DNA of 64,000 nucleotides from Candidatus Uhrbacteria bacterium. Lineage in GTDB: Bacteria; Patescibacteriota; Patescibacteriia; UBA9934; GWF2-40-263. A program made the translations under genes and the position numbers. The stretch is taken from contig JBAXQK010000002.1 of assembly GCA_037131775.1 (NCBI GenBank), positions 23,472 through 87,471 on the forward strand. The letters run 5' to 3'. The notes beneath the pieces were generated by a model. The model did not search any database. It was not told the DNA's origin and was given only the letters and a program-made list of their open reading frames with translations. Positions 56,247 to 64,000 of this stretch are shown one piece after another (position 1 is the first letter of the stretch; each line of letters starts with the position of its first letter).

Positions 56247-56292
56247 CGTTCCCCCTCCTCATAGGGAGGAGGGGTCAGGGGTGGTCGTCGCG
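56247..56292 (+). repeat. family-C GC-hairpin repeat (copy 3), between ruvX stop and recO start
   Basis: CCCCCTCCTCATAGGGAGGAGGGGTCAGGGGTGGTCGTCGCG. Confidence 0.75.
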
Positions 56293-56299
56293 ACGGTCT

Positions 56300-56716
56300 T
56301 TACTCCATCCCGCTCGTCGTCGGATCAATCCGATCCATGTACGACTGCAAAATCAACATCGCGGCAAGCGCGTCCTCCTCGGCCTGCGCCCCTTCCTCGC
56401 GCTGCAACCGAATGCTCTCGCCCGTCGTATACGACTCATCCTCCTCGAGGACGGGAATCGGCGTCGCAGCCTCGAGCGATTTGATGAAGGCGCGAGCCTT
56501 GTCGAGCTGCTTGGAGCTATGATGAACGCCCGTCGAAAGCGGGACACCGACGATGATCGCGTCGATGTCCTCGGACTTCGCCCGCTTCGCGAACACGCGG
56601 ATCGTCTCGTCCCCGACGTTCGGAACGACGTCGAGCGGGACGGCAATGTTCGCCTCGGTGTCACCGAACGCAAGGCCGATCTTTTTGTCGCCGTAGTCAA
56701 TGCCTAAAAGTCTCAT
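56300..56716 (-). CDS. ruvX: Holliday-junction resolvase-like nuclease RuvX/YqgF
   Basis: Starts MRLLGIDYGDKKIGLAFGD (RNase H-like). The start was reassigned out of a longer antisense-extended ORF. Confidence 0.85.
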   Translation of the reverse strand: MRLLGIDYGDKKIGLAFGDTEANIAVPLDVVPNVGDETIRVFAKRAKSEDIDAIIVGVPLSTGVHHSSKQLDKARAFIKSLEAATPIPVLEEDESYTTGESIRLQREEGAQAEEDALAAMLILQSYMDRIDPTTSGME

Positions 56717-57489
56717 ACCGGCAAGGGCGTTAAAATCTCGATCCCCTCCTTCGTCACCGCGATCGTCACCTCGAAGTGCGCGCTGATCTTTCGGTCCTTC
56801 ATTACCACGGTCCACCCGTCCTCCGCGGTTTCCACCTCCCACGTTCCGATTCCAAGCATCGGCTCGATGGCGAGGCACATGCCTTCCACGACCGAAACCT
56901 TCGGATAGCGCTTGTCGACGTAATTCGGAACGTGCGGCCCCTCGTGCACCTTGTGGCCGACGCCGTGGCCGACGAGCGCCTGGACGATGCCGTAGCCGTG
57001 CGGTTCGACGATGGCGACGACTGCGTGCGACACGTCGCTGATCAACCCGCCGACGTGGACGGCATTCGCCCCGGCCAGGCACGCCTCGCGCGTCACGGCC
57101 ATCAGCTTGGTCGCCTCTTCTGAGACGGTTCCAACGGGGACGGTTACCGCCATGTCCGTGCACAACCCATGCAGCCACAGCCCGATGTCTAGCCCCACGA
57201 TGTCCCCTTCCTTCAGCGCGATCGGCCGATCCCCGCGCCCATGCACGACCTCCTCGTTCACGGAGATGCACATCGTCGTCGGAAACGGCTCGTCATCCGG
57301 ATGCGAGCGATACCCCATAAACGAAGGCTCGCCCCCGCCAGCACGAATCACGTCCGTCGCGATGACGTCGAGCTCGGGCAGAGTGATCCCGGGACGAACC
57401 GCGTCGACAGCCGCCTTGAGCGCGCGCGACAAGAGTTGTCCTCCTTCGCGCATCGCGTCGATTTCTTTTTGGGTTTTGGTCAGAGCCAC
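56713..57489 (-). CDS. map: methionine aminopeptidase type I
   Basis: A pita-bread fold with metal ligands in conserved context is present. Confidence 0.9.
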   Translation of the reverse strand: MALTKTQKEIDAMREGGQLLSRALKAAVDAVRPGITLPELDVIATDVIRAGGGEPSFMGYRSHPDDEPFPTTMCISVNEEVVHGRGDRPIALKEGDIVGLDIGLWLHGLCTDMAVTVPVGTVSEEATKLMAVTREACLAGANAVHVGGLISDVSHAVVAIVEPHGYGIVQALVGHGVGHKVHEGPHVPNYVDKRYPKVSVVEGMCLAIEPMLGIGTWEVETAEDGWTVVMKDRKISAHFEVTIAVTKEGIEILTPLPV

Positions 57490-57495
57490 AGATTT

Positions 57496-58128
57496 CTAAT
57501 TTCCCATTTCTAATTTATCAACGATCCTCTCCTGGACCTCCTCGACCGTGCCGACCCCGTCGACGCGGACCAGCACGCCCTTCTCCTCGAACCTCCCGAG
57601 CATCGGCGTGGTGTCGTTGTCGTAAATGTCGAGCCGGCGGCCGATGGCGGCCTCGGTGTCGTCGTCGCGCCGAACGAACGCTCCGCCGCACGCGCACGCG
57701 TCGCCTTCCTTTGCCCCGTCCTTCGTCGACGCGACCGCGCCGCAGCTCGAGCAAGTCAAGCGTCCGCCGAGACGATTCAACGATTCCTCGCGCGGAACCT
57801 CGATCACGATCACGTGCGTCGGCGCGTCGAACGTAAACGCCGCATACTGCTTCAAGTTGCGCGGATACCCGTCGAGGACATATCCGTTGATCGCGTCAGG
57901 ACGGGACAGACGCGCCTGGAGAACCTCCGCGGCGACTTCGTCGGACACCAGGTTCCCGGCCTTCAGAATCCCGTCGACCTTTAGCCCGACATCCGATCCC
58001 GCCGCGACTTCGTCACGCAGCAGCTGCCCCATCGCAAGTGCCGGAACGTTCAGCTTCTTCGACAAGATCTGCGCCTGCGTCCCTTTTCCGCTGCCCTGCG
58101 GGCCGAGAAGGATGATTTTATAGGTCAT
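57496..58128 (-). CDS. adk: adenylate kinase (with zinc-binding lid, CSSC...CACG)
   Basis: P-loop GPQGSGKGTQ and a Cys4 lid are present. Confidence 0.9.
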   Translation of the reverse strand: MTYKIILLGPQGSGKGTQAQILSKKLNVPALAMGQLLRDEVAAGSDVGLKVDGILKAGNLVSDEVAAEVLQARLSRPDAINGYVLDGYPRNLKQYAAFTFDAPTHVIVIEVPREESLNRLGGRLTCSSCGAVASTKDGAKEGDACACGGAFVRRDDDTEAAIGRRLDIYDNDTTPMLGRFEEKGVLVRVDGVGTVEEVQERIVDKLEMGN

Positions 58129-58133
58129 ATGTT

Positions 58134-58688
58134 CTAAGTTTTTTGGGTGGTGGAATTTTTGGGTGGATTGAATCTGCCCAGCACAATGTAGTAAAAAATA
58201 CGTGCAAAAATCCTAAACAACAATATCCAGATAAGTGGAAGACCGAGAAATGCCAAACTAATATTCAACCAACGTGGTTGTGTAATGATTGATAAGTTGT
58301 AAAGTCTGTGCTTATCAAAACATTCTGAATCTGTTAACTCACTTGATAAGAGACAGTCTGTCATTAAACGCCTGGATTCTGTTTCATCTCTGAAAGAAAA
58401 GTTACAATGCGTAAGAATTGATGTATCGTCTACATGAAGTTGCCCATTATACAGCCTAGAGAATATCTCATCAGAAGAGATTTTAGCATCTACGAGTGTG
58501 GATGATTTTCCAGAACCGCAACGAATGGTTGAATCATCGTAATTAATGGCAAGTCCGTTTTGATGAATAATAAATAAATAATAGCTTGCCGCAATCACAA
58601 ACAATAACACACAAACACTAACAACCTTCAGCAGGCGAAACCACACGCGTGTGTTCAGTTCTTGAATGGAGTGAATTTTATTACTCAT
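58134..58688 (-). CDS. hypothetical membrane protein (2 TM, Cys-containing extracytoplasmic loop) in the AT-rich island
   Basis: About 33% GC versus about 60% surroundings. It is translationally coupled to the upstream ORF by an ATGA overlap. Confidence 0.5.
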   Translation of the reverse strand: MSNKIHSIQELNTRVWFRLLKVVSVCVLLFVIAASYYLFIIHQNGLAINYDDSTIRCGSGKSSTLVDAKISSDEIFSRLYNGQLHVDDTSILTHCNFSFRDETESRRLMTDCLLSSELTDSECFDKHRLYNLSIITQPRWLNISLAFLGLPLIWILLFRIFARIFYYIVLGRFNPPKNSTTQKT

Positions 58689-59026
58689 AGAGATGTCGCT
58701 TTATTTGCGGCAAATTCATCCACTCCCGTTTTAATTTCGATTAGTTCTTGATATCGAATGGGCGACGGTATGTAAAAATCAAGAATGGAACTATTCGTCA
58801 GTATTAACTCTATCACCTCACGATCGGTCAGATTTTCAAAAAGAATTACCCGTAGCGCAACTTTAATATCAGCCTTTTGCCAAGGAAGCTCGTCTTCAAA
58901 AAAATATAGTCCAGGACGCCTATTCTCAAGATACAAAGCAAAATCACCTACAACTTCCCACGCGGTTTTAGAATCTAGATTTTTTTTAAGATCGTCTGCG
59001 AGAGATTTTTGAAAACTCATACGCAA
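58685..59026 (-). CDS. hypothetical protein (113 aa) in the AT-rich island
   Basis: AT-rich codon usage. Tightly packed in the operon. Confidence 0.5.
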   Translation of the reverse strand: MRMSFQKSLADDLKKNLDSKTAWEVVGDFALYLENRRPGLYFFEDELPWQKADIKVALRVILFENLTDREVIELILTNSSILDFYIPSPIRYQELIEIKTGVDEFAANKATSL

Positions 59027-59029
59027 TAA

Positions 59030-59320
59030 TCACCACAGCTGGATACAAATACCCCTTGCTGCGGAGATACAATAAACACTTCTAAAGGAGTGGCGAATTT
59101 TAATTGTTTTATGCATCATCTCGTGAATGTTTGTATTTGTCCATGGGAAAATTCCAAAGTTGATCAGTAATTGTAAGGTTTTTTGAGTATCTATTGAATA
59201 CTCTTCTGCCTTATGTCCCAAAGCCTCTCTTATCCTTATGGCATCATTTTGTATTCTCAACGCTGGAAGATCGAAAGACTCTCCACGTTCATATTTTTTT
59301 AATTGGGCGAGTTGAAACAT
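59030..59320 (-). CDS. hypothetical protein (96 aa) in the AT-rich island
   Basis: AT-rich. It overlaps the upstream ORF by 22 nt in another frame, so the two may be one frameshifted gene. Confidence 0.4.
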   Translation of the reverse strand: MFQLAQLKKYERGESFDLPALRIQNDAIRIREALGHKAEEYSIDTQKTLQLLINFGIFPWTNTNIHEMMHKTIKIRHSFRSVYCISAARGICIQLW

Positions 59321-59556
59321 ATTCCGGAATTCAGGCTCCTCAAATGGTGTATTCCGAACGGGAACAGCATAACAATTTGGACCATTAGATTATTTTCAAT
59401 TTCAGAATTCTTAATTTTAAAGAGAAGATCACACTCTGGTTCTAAATATTCTTGATCTTTAACTTCAAAAGAATACTTTGTGGAATTAATTTTATTGTAT
59501 GTAGAAACAAACAAATTGCCAATTTCCCTTAATTCATCACGGCTTGGTTCTGACAT
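59299..59556 (-). CDS. hypothetical protein (85 aa) in the AT-rich island
   Basis: AT-rich. First gene of the island. Confidence 0.35.
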   Translation of the reverse strand: MSEPSRDELREIGNLFVSTYNKINSTKYSFEVKDQEYLEPECDLLFKIKNSEIENNLMVQIVMLFPFGIHHLRSLNSGICFNSPN

Positions 59557-59595
59557 ATTTCCCGCTCATTATACCAGAAGACGAGGACTCTCGCC

Positions 59596-59657
59596 CCCGT
59601 CTTTGTAGCAATCCGTAGTATTTGTAGTTTAGCGGCCAATTCGTAGTTTCGTATCCC
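59596..59657. repeat. family-B half-copy at the secY-proximal boundary of the AT-rich island
   Basis: TTTGTAGCAATCCGTAGTATTTGTAGTTTAGCGGCCAATTCGTAGTTTCGTATCC. Confidence 0.6.
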
Positions 59658-59662
59658 TGTCT

Positions 59663-60937
59663 CTACATGTCGTACTCGTGCATGCTCATCTGCGCCTCCA
59701 TCTGCTTCATCGTCTCAATGACCACGTTCACCACGATCAGGACGGACGTTCCGCCGATCACGAGGGAGGCGTTGCCGGTCACCTGCTGGGCGACGAGCGG
59801 GAGGATGGCGATCATGGAGAGGAAGACGGCTCCCACGAGCAGGACGCGGTTGGTGACCCAGGCGATGTACTCGGCCGTAGGCTTGCCCGGACGGATGCCC
59901 GGGATGAAGCCGCTCTGCTTCTGGAGGTTTTCCGCCACGCGGTCCGGGTGGAAAATGACCGACGTATAGAAGTACGTGAAAGCGAACACCAGGCCGAAGT
60001 AGATGATGCCGTACACCAGCTGGTTCTGGAACACTTGGAGCACCCACTGCGCGGCGGTGCGCAGGGCCTCGGTTCGGGCGTTCAGGAAGAACTGGGCGAT
60101 GACGCGCGGGAAAAGGATAATGCTGATCGCGAAGATGATCGGGATCACGCCGGCGATGTTGAGCTTGATGGGGAGGTTGGACGGCACGGCTCCGGAGAGA
60201 CGCGTTCCGCGGGTCTGTCGGGCGTACTGCACCGGGATGTTGCGCTGCGCCTCGTGCATGACAACGACGGCGCCGAGCGTCACCACGACGAGGATGGCGA
60301 AAATGATCGCGGTGATCATCTGGGATCCGTCATAGAGCGCGAGCGACTGGCCGAAGTAGTTCGGAAGGCCGGCGATGATTCCGGCGAAAATCAGGATGGA
60401 CGTTCCATTGCCGAGGTTCTTCTCCGAGATGAGCTCTCCCATCCACATGAGGAAGATCGTTCCGGCCGTAAGCGTTCCCATTACGAGGACCGTGGTGAAC
60501 AGGTCGGCGGTTCCGGCCGTGAACAGCTTGGCGCCGGACTGCTGGTTGAACAGGAGCACGAGGCCGTATCCCTGCAGGAGGGCGAGCGGAACCGTGAGCA
60601 CGCGCGACCACTGGTTGATCCGCTGGCGTCCCTGCTCTTCCTTCTGCATCTCCTCAAGCTTCGGGATGATCATCCCGAGCAGCTGGAAGATAATGGAAGA
60701 CGTGATGAACGGCGCGAGGCCGAGCGCCACGATGGAGAAGTGCTGGAGCGTGCCGCCCGAGAAGATGTTCAGGAGGCCGAAAAACTGGTTGCCTTGAAAG
60801 TAATTCACGAGCGCGCTTGGGTCCACGCCCGGAACCGGGATGTGGGCCGCGACGCGGAAAATGACGAGCATCGCGAAGATGAACAACAGGCTGTTACGAA
60901 CCTCTTTGGTCTTCCAAACGCGCGTGAATGAAAACAT
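59663..60937 (-). CDS. secY: preprotein translocase subunit SecY
   Basis: 10-TM SecY with conserved plug and TM2/TM7 regions. Confidence 0.95.
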   Translation of the reverse strand: MFSFTRVWKTKEVRNSLLFIFAMLVIFRVAAHIPVPGVDPSALVNYFQGNQFFGLLNIFSGGTLQHFSIVALGLAPFITSSIIFQLLGMIIPKLEEMQKEEQGRQRINQWSRVLTVPLALLQGYGLVLLFNQQSGAKLFTAGTADLFTTVLVMGTLTAGTIFLMWMGELISEKNLGNGTSILIFAGIIAGLPNYFGQSLALYDGSQMITAIIFAILVVVTLGAVVVMHEAQRNIPVQYARQTRGTRLSGAVPSNLPIKLNIAGVIPIIFAISIILFPRVIAQFFLNARTEALRTAAQWVLQVFQNQLVYGIIYFGLVFAFTYFYTSVIFHPDRVAENLQKQSGFIPGIRPGKPTAEYIAWVTNRVLLVGAVFLSMIAILPLVAQQVTGNASLVIGGTSVLIVVNVVIETMKQMEAQMSMHEYDM

Positions 60938-60944
60938 ATTTGGT

Positions 60945-61379
60945 TTACAGGATGGAACCGCCGGCCTTCTCGATCTTTTCCTTCGCGGTCGCGGAGACCA
61001 TGCACCCCTCGACGACCAGCTTGATCGCGATAGCGCCGTCGCCGAGCAGCTTCACCTTGCCCTTGGCCGGAACGAGTCCCTTCTCAAGCAGCATGGCCGG
61101 GTTGACCTTGGCGCCGTCGGGGAAGTTCTTGGCGAGCATCGCCACGTTGACGACCATCGGCTTCTCGTGAATGCTCTTGAACCCGCGGTTCTTCTTGGTG
61201 GAAAGCATGATGTGGCGCAATCCCTTGAGCTGGAGGCCGGAGCGACCACCAGAGCGGGCGCGCTGACCCTTCACGCCGCGGCCCGAATAGGAACCGCCTT
61301 TGGAAAGGCCGCGACCGACGCGCTTGGCCGCCTTGCGCGCGCCTTTGGCCGGACGAATTGTGTTGAGGGTAAACGCCAT
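60945..61379 (-). CDS. rplO: 50S ribosomal protein L15
   Basis: Starts MAFTLNTIRPAKGARKAAKRVGRG. The start was reassigned. Confidence 0.9.
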   Translation of the reverse strand: MAFTLNTIRPAKGARKAAKRVGRGLSKGGSYSGRGVKGQRARSGGRSGLQLKGLRHIMLSTKKNRGFKSIHEKPMVVNVAMLAKNFPDGAKVNPAMLLEKGLVPAKGKVKLLGDGAIAIKLVVEGCMVSATAKEKIEKAGGSIL

Positions 61380-61384
61380 AGGGG

Positions 61385-61942
61385 TTATGCGGCCTTGGCT
61401 TCCGCCACGACCGGTTTCTTCGGAAGGCGAAGCTGCTTGATCGCTTCGAACGTGGCCTTCGCGATGTTGATTTTGTTGGAAGAGTTCAGAATCTTGGAGG
61501 AGGCGTTCGGAACGCCGGCGAACTCGAGCACCATGCGGACCGCTCCGCCGCACTTGAGACCGGTACCGCTCGGGGCCGGCTTCAGGAGAACCATGGCCGA
61601 ACCGAACTTCACCTGGATCGGATGCGGGATCGTCGCGTGGGTCATCGGAACGCGGATCACGTTCTTCTTGGCCTGGCGGTAGGCCTTGTCGATGGCAATC
61701 TGCACGTCGACACCCTTGGAAACGCCAAGTCCGACGCGGCCCTTCTTGTCACCGATGACGAGGGTGCAGCGAAACGACATGCGCTTTCCTCCGGCCGTGA
61801 CGCGCGTCACGCGGGAAAGGTCGAGGATCTTCTGCTCGAACTCCTTCGGCTCGGCATGACGGCCACCGCCTCCGGCTCGCGGCGGTCGGGCGCCTGGCGC
61901 GGCTCCGGTCCGGCCGCTCGGTTTTTTCTTTTGTTCTTCCAT
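61385..61942 (-). CDS. rpsE: 30S ribosomal protein S5 (with Gly/Arg-rich N-terminal extension)
   Basis: The S5 dsRBD and C-terminal domains are present. It is directly adjacent to rplO with no L30 gene between. Confidence 0.9.
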   Translation of the reverse strand: MEEQKKKPSGRTGAAPGARPPRAGGGGRHAEPKEFEQKILDLSRVTRVTAGGKRMSFRCTLVIGDKKGRVGLGVSKGVDVQIAIDKAYRQAKKNVIRVPMTHATIPHPIQVKFGSAMVLLKPAPSGTGLKCGGAVRMVLEFAGVPNASSKILNSSNKINIAKATFEAIKQLRLPKKPVVAEAKAA

Positions 61943-61948
61943 AGGAGG

Positions 61949-62305
61949 TTAAAAGATGAGTCCGCCCTCGCGCGCACCGTCGGCAAGCGCCGCGACGCGT
62001 CCGGTGTAGCGGTTCGAACCGCGGTCAAACACGACCAGGTCGATTCCGGCGGCCTTCGCCTTCTCGGCAAGCTTCGCGCCGACCGCCTTGGCGATCTCCA
62101 CGGGCTTGGCCTTCTCGGCCACGTCCTTGTCGGACGCGCTCGCGAGGGTGACGCCCGCGTTGTCGTCGATGAGCTGGCAGCGGATGTGCTTCAGGCTGCG
62201 ATGGACGCTCAGACGCGGGCACTCCTTCGTGCCGTGCATGCGCGCGCGCACGCGTTTGGCACGACGCACCGCTCGTTCCTTTTTTGCTTTGATCGTGTTT
62301 GGCAT
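61949..62305 (-). CDS. rplR: 50S ribosomal protein L18
   Basis: N-terminal [16 protein letters not shown]. Confidence 0.9.
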   Translation of the reverse strand: MPNTIKAKKERAVRRAKRVRARMHGTKECPRLSVHRSLKHIRCQLIDDNAGVTLASASDKDVAEKAKPVEIAKAVGAKLAEKAKAAGIDLVVFDRGSNRYTGRVAALADGAREGGLIF

Positions 62306-62310
62306 ATGTT

Positions 62311-62868
62311 CTATGCGCTCGCCTTCGCGGCCTTACCGGCCTTGCGGCGAATCACTTCGTCGATGTACTTGATACCCTTGCCCTTGTACGGTTCCGGCGG
62401 GCGAAGCTTACGGATGCGGGCGGCGGTGAGTCCGACCTCCTCGCGGTCGTTACCGGTCAGGGTCAGGACGTTCTTCTCGGCAACGGCGCTGACGCCTTCC
62501 GGAAGCTCGAAGTTTACGTCGTGGGAGAACCCGAGGTTCATTACGACTTTCTTCCCCTGGACGCTCACGCGGAACCCGACGCCGTTGATCTCGAGCACCT
62601 TCTTGAACCCCTCGGTCACGCCCGTCACCATATTGGCGATGTTGGCGCGCGCGGTTCCCCACTGGGCGCGGTCTGCCACGAGCTCCGGGTCGGCCACCGT
62701 GACGAGAATGCCCTTTCCGCCCTCGATGTCGGAGACGGTGGCGGTCACGTGCGCGTTGAGCGAGCGGACCAGGGTCCCTTTCGGTCCGGTGACGGTCACC
62801 GTTTGCCCGTCGATGACGACGTCAACCTTCGCGGGAATAAGGATCGGTTTTTTGCCAATGCGGGACAT
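62311..62868 (-). CDS. rplF: 50S ribosomal protein L6
   Basis: N-terminal [12 protein letters not shown]. Confidence 0.9.
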   Translation of the reverse strand: MSRIGKKPILIPAKVDVVIDGQTVTVTGPKGTLVRSLNAHVTATVSDIEGGKGILVTVADPELVADRAQWGTARANIANMVTGVTEGFKKVLEINGVGFRVSVQGKKVVMNLGFSHDVNFELPEGVSAVAEKNVLTLTGNDREEVGLTAARIRKLRPPEPYKGKGIKYIDEVIRRKAGKAAKASA

Positions 62869-62871
62869 ATG

Positions 62872-63267
62872 TTAAAACACTTCGCAAATAACCTCTCCGC
62901 CGAGTTTGCGGGAGCGGGCCTCCTTGTTGGTCATCAGGCCGTTGGACGTGGAGATGATGGCGATGCCCATGTCGGACATGACGCGCGGCATCTCGTCGCA
63001 CTTGGCGTAGACGCGGTGGCCCGGCGTGCTCACGCGGTGCACCTCCGTGATGGAGGCGGCGCCGTCGCGGTACGTCAAACCGACGCGCAGCGCCGGGTGC
63101 GAGCCCTCGGGCGTTCGCTTTTCGATGCCGTTCACGAACCCTTCCTTCTCGAGGATCTTGGCAATCGCGAACTTGACGTTCGAGTATGGCAAGACAACCT
63201 CGCGCTTCTTTACTTTGAAGGCGTTGCGCAAACGGGTCAGCATGTCTGAGATCGGGTCGGTCATCAT
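62872..63267 (-). CDS. rpsH: 30S ribosomal protein S8
   Basis: N-terminal MMTDPISDMLTRLRNA. Confidence 0.9.
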   Translation of the reverse strand: MMTDPISDMLTRLRNAFKVKKREVVLPYSNVKFAIAKILEKEGFVNGIEKRTPEGSHPALRVGLTYRDGAASITEVHRVSTPGHRVYAKCDEMPRVMSDMGIAIISTSNGLMTNKEARSRKLGGEVICEVF

Positions 63268-63268
63268 A

Positions 63269-63454
63269 TTACCAGCTTGCTTTTACGATTCCGGGGATCT
63301 CTCCTCGGTTAGCCAATTCACGGAAACAGATGCGGCAAAGTTCAAACGCGCGCATGAACCCGTGCCGGCGTCCACACTTCCAGCAGCGATTCACCTTGCG
63401 GGTCGAGTACTTTGGTTTCCGCTTCGATTTTGCGATCTGATTCTCCGTTGCCAT
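63269..63454 (-). CDS. rpsZ: 30S ribosomal protein S14 type Z (zinc-binding, 61 aa)
   Basis: Zinc ribbon [20 protein letters not shown]. Confidence 0.9.
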   Translation of the reverse strand: MATENQIAKSKRKPKYSTRKVNRCWKCGRRHGFMRAFELCRICFRELANRGEIPGIVKASW

Positions 63455-63459
63455 ATGGC

Positions 63460-64000
63460 TTACGTGCGAGCTTTACCTTTTTTATCAACGTCCTGGACGG
63501 CGAACGGAAAGCCGAGATGCGTGAGAAGGGACTTTCCCTCGGCGGCCTTCGTGGTGCTCATCGAAATGGTCACCTGCAGGCCGTGGATCACCTCGATCTC
63601 ATCGGTGTGGATTTCCGGGAACGCGGTGTGCTCCGGGAATCCGAGGGTGTAGCTGCCCATCGCGTCGAATCCGGTCGGCGGAATGCCGCGGAAGTCGCGG
63701 ATGCGCGGAATGGAAACCTTTACGAGCTTCTCGAGGAAGTCCCACATGCGCTTTCCGCGCATGGTCACCTTCATTCCCACCACCATGCCCTCGCGAATCT
63801 TGAAGGCCGCGATGGACTTGCTCGCCTTGGTCTTGACCGGGAGCTGTCCGGAGATGCGCTTGAACGTGTTCTCGGCGGTCTCGAGGAACTTGGCGTCCTT
63901 GAGGCCCTTTCCAAGGCCGATGTTCAACGTCACCTTCAGCACCTTCGGTACCTGGTTGGGGTTCTTGTACCCGAACTCGGACATGAGCGCTGGGACGACG
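63460..64000 (-). CDS. rplE: 50S ribosomal protein L5 (5' end extends beyond window)
   Basis: Reading upstream of the track ATG gives ...[18 protein letters not shown], which matches the L5 consensus. The true start therefore lies beyond coordinate 64000. Confidence 0.85.
   Translation of the reverse strand, partial: VVPALMSEFGYKNPNQVPKVLKVTLNIGLGKGLKDAKFLETAENTFKRISGQLPVKTKASKSIAAFKIREGMVVGMKVTMRGKRMWDFLEKLVKVSIPRIRDFRGIPPTGFDAMGSYTLGFPEHTAFPEIHTDEIEVIHGLQVTISMSTTKAAEGKSLLTHLGFPFAVQDVDKKGKART

Noticed and set aside
63460-63984. Apparently N-terminally truncated L5
   Set aside because: Extending the frame upstream of the called ATG gives [12 protein letters not shown], which matches the L5 consensus. 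The gene simply continues past the window edge.

Overview
This is a 64 kb, roughly 60% GC, gene-dense bacterial chromosomal segment. Nearly all of it is coding, with many 1-4 nt start/stop overlaps.

Core gene content. Ribosomal-protein genes rplE-rpsZ-rpsH-rplF-rplR-rpsE-rplO-secY sit at the 3' end, with no L30 gene between S5 and L15 and a zinc-ribbon type-Z S14. Together with short Pth/Rel/AspRS variants and the compact operons, this is consistent with a Patescibacteria/CPR-like lineage (inference). Other housekeeping genes are adk, map, ruvX, recO, asnS, aspS, scpAB, dacC, a GT4 glycosyltransferase, parAB, rel, topA, dprA, pth, der, an LCP protein, lepB, hisS, rpsU, a BaiN-like flavoprotein and an ABC-F ATPase. 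A tripartite ABC efflux system (HlyD-like adaptor, ATPase, FtsX-like permease) lies next to tRNA-Asp. The five tRNAs are Asp, Val, and a minus-strand fMet, Met, Leu(CAA) cluster.

Main candidate system. A roughly 20 kb minus-strand gene string runs without internal terminators (gaps 0-12 nt). In order it is: yqeY fused to a pilin-like two-helix module, a 634-aa Ig-domain protein, a 3462-aa giant Cys-rich/IPT/vWA surface protein, three membrane proteins with TSP3-like repeats, then ybeY-dgkA-ftsA-ftsZ-nrdR-htrA-pyk. The first three genes share a paralogous signal-peptide plus VirB2/TrbC-like two-helix module. This is a candidate novel pilus or fibril-like surface appendage locus.

Other notable features:
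- Three small repeat families occur. One is an 8-mer tandem palindromic element that is also inserted in-frame into pyk and the GT4 gene.
- A roughly 1.45 kb AT-rich four-gene island interrupts the conserved secY-adk junction.
- A roughly 600 bp noncoding region between convergent genes is dense in nested inverted repeats.
- A small hypothetical-gene cassette lies between dprA and topA.

No CRISPR array, rRNA or recognisable transposase/integrase was seen.
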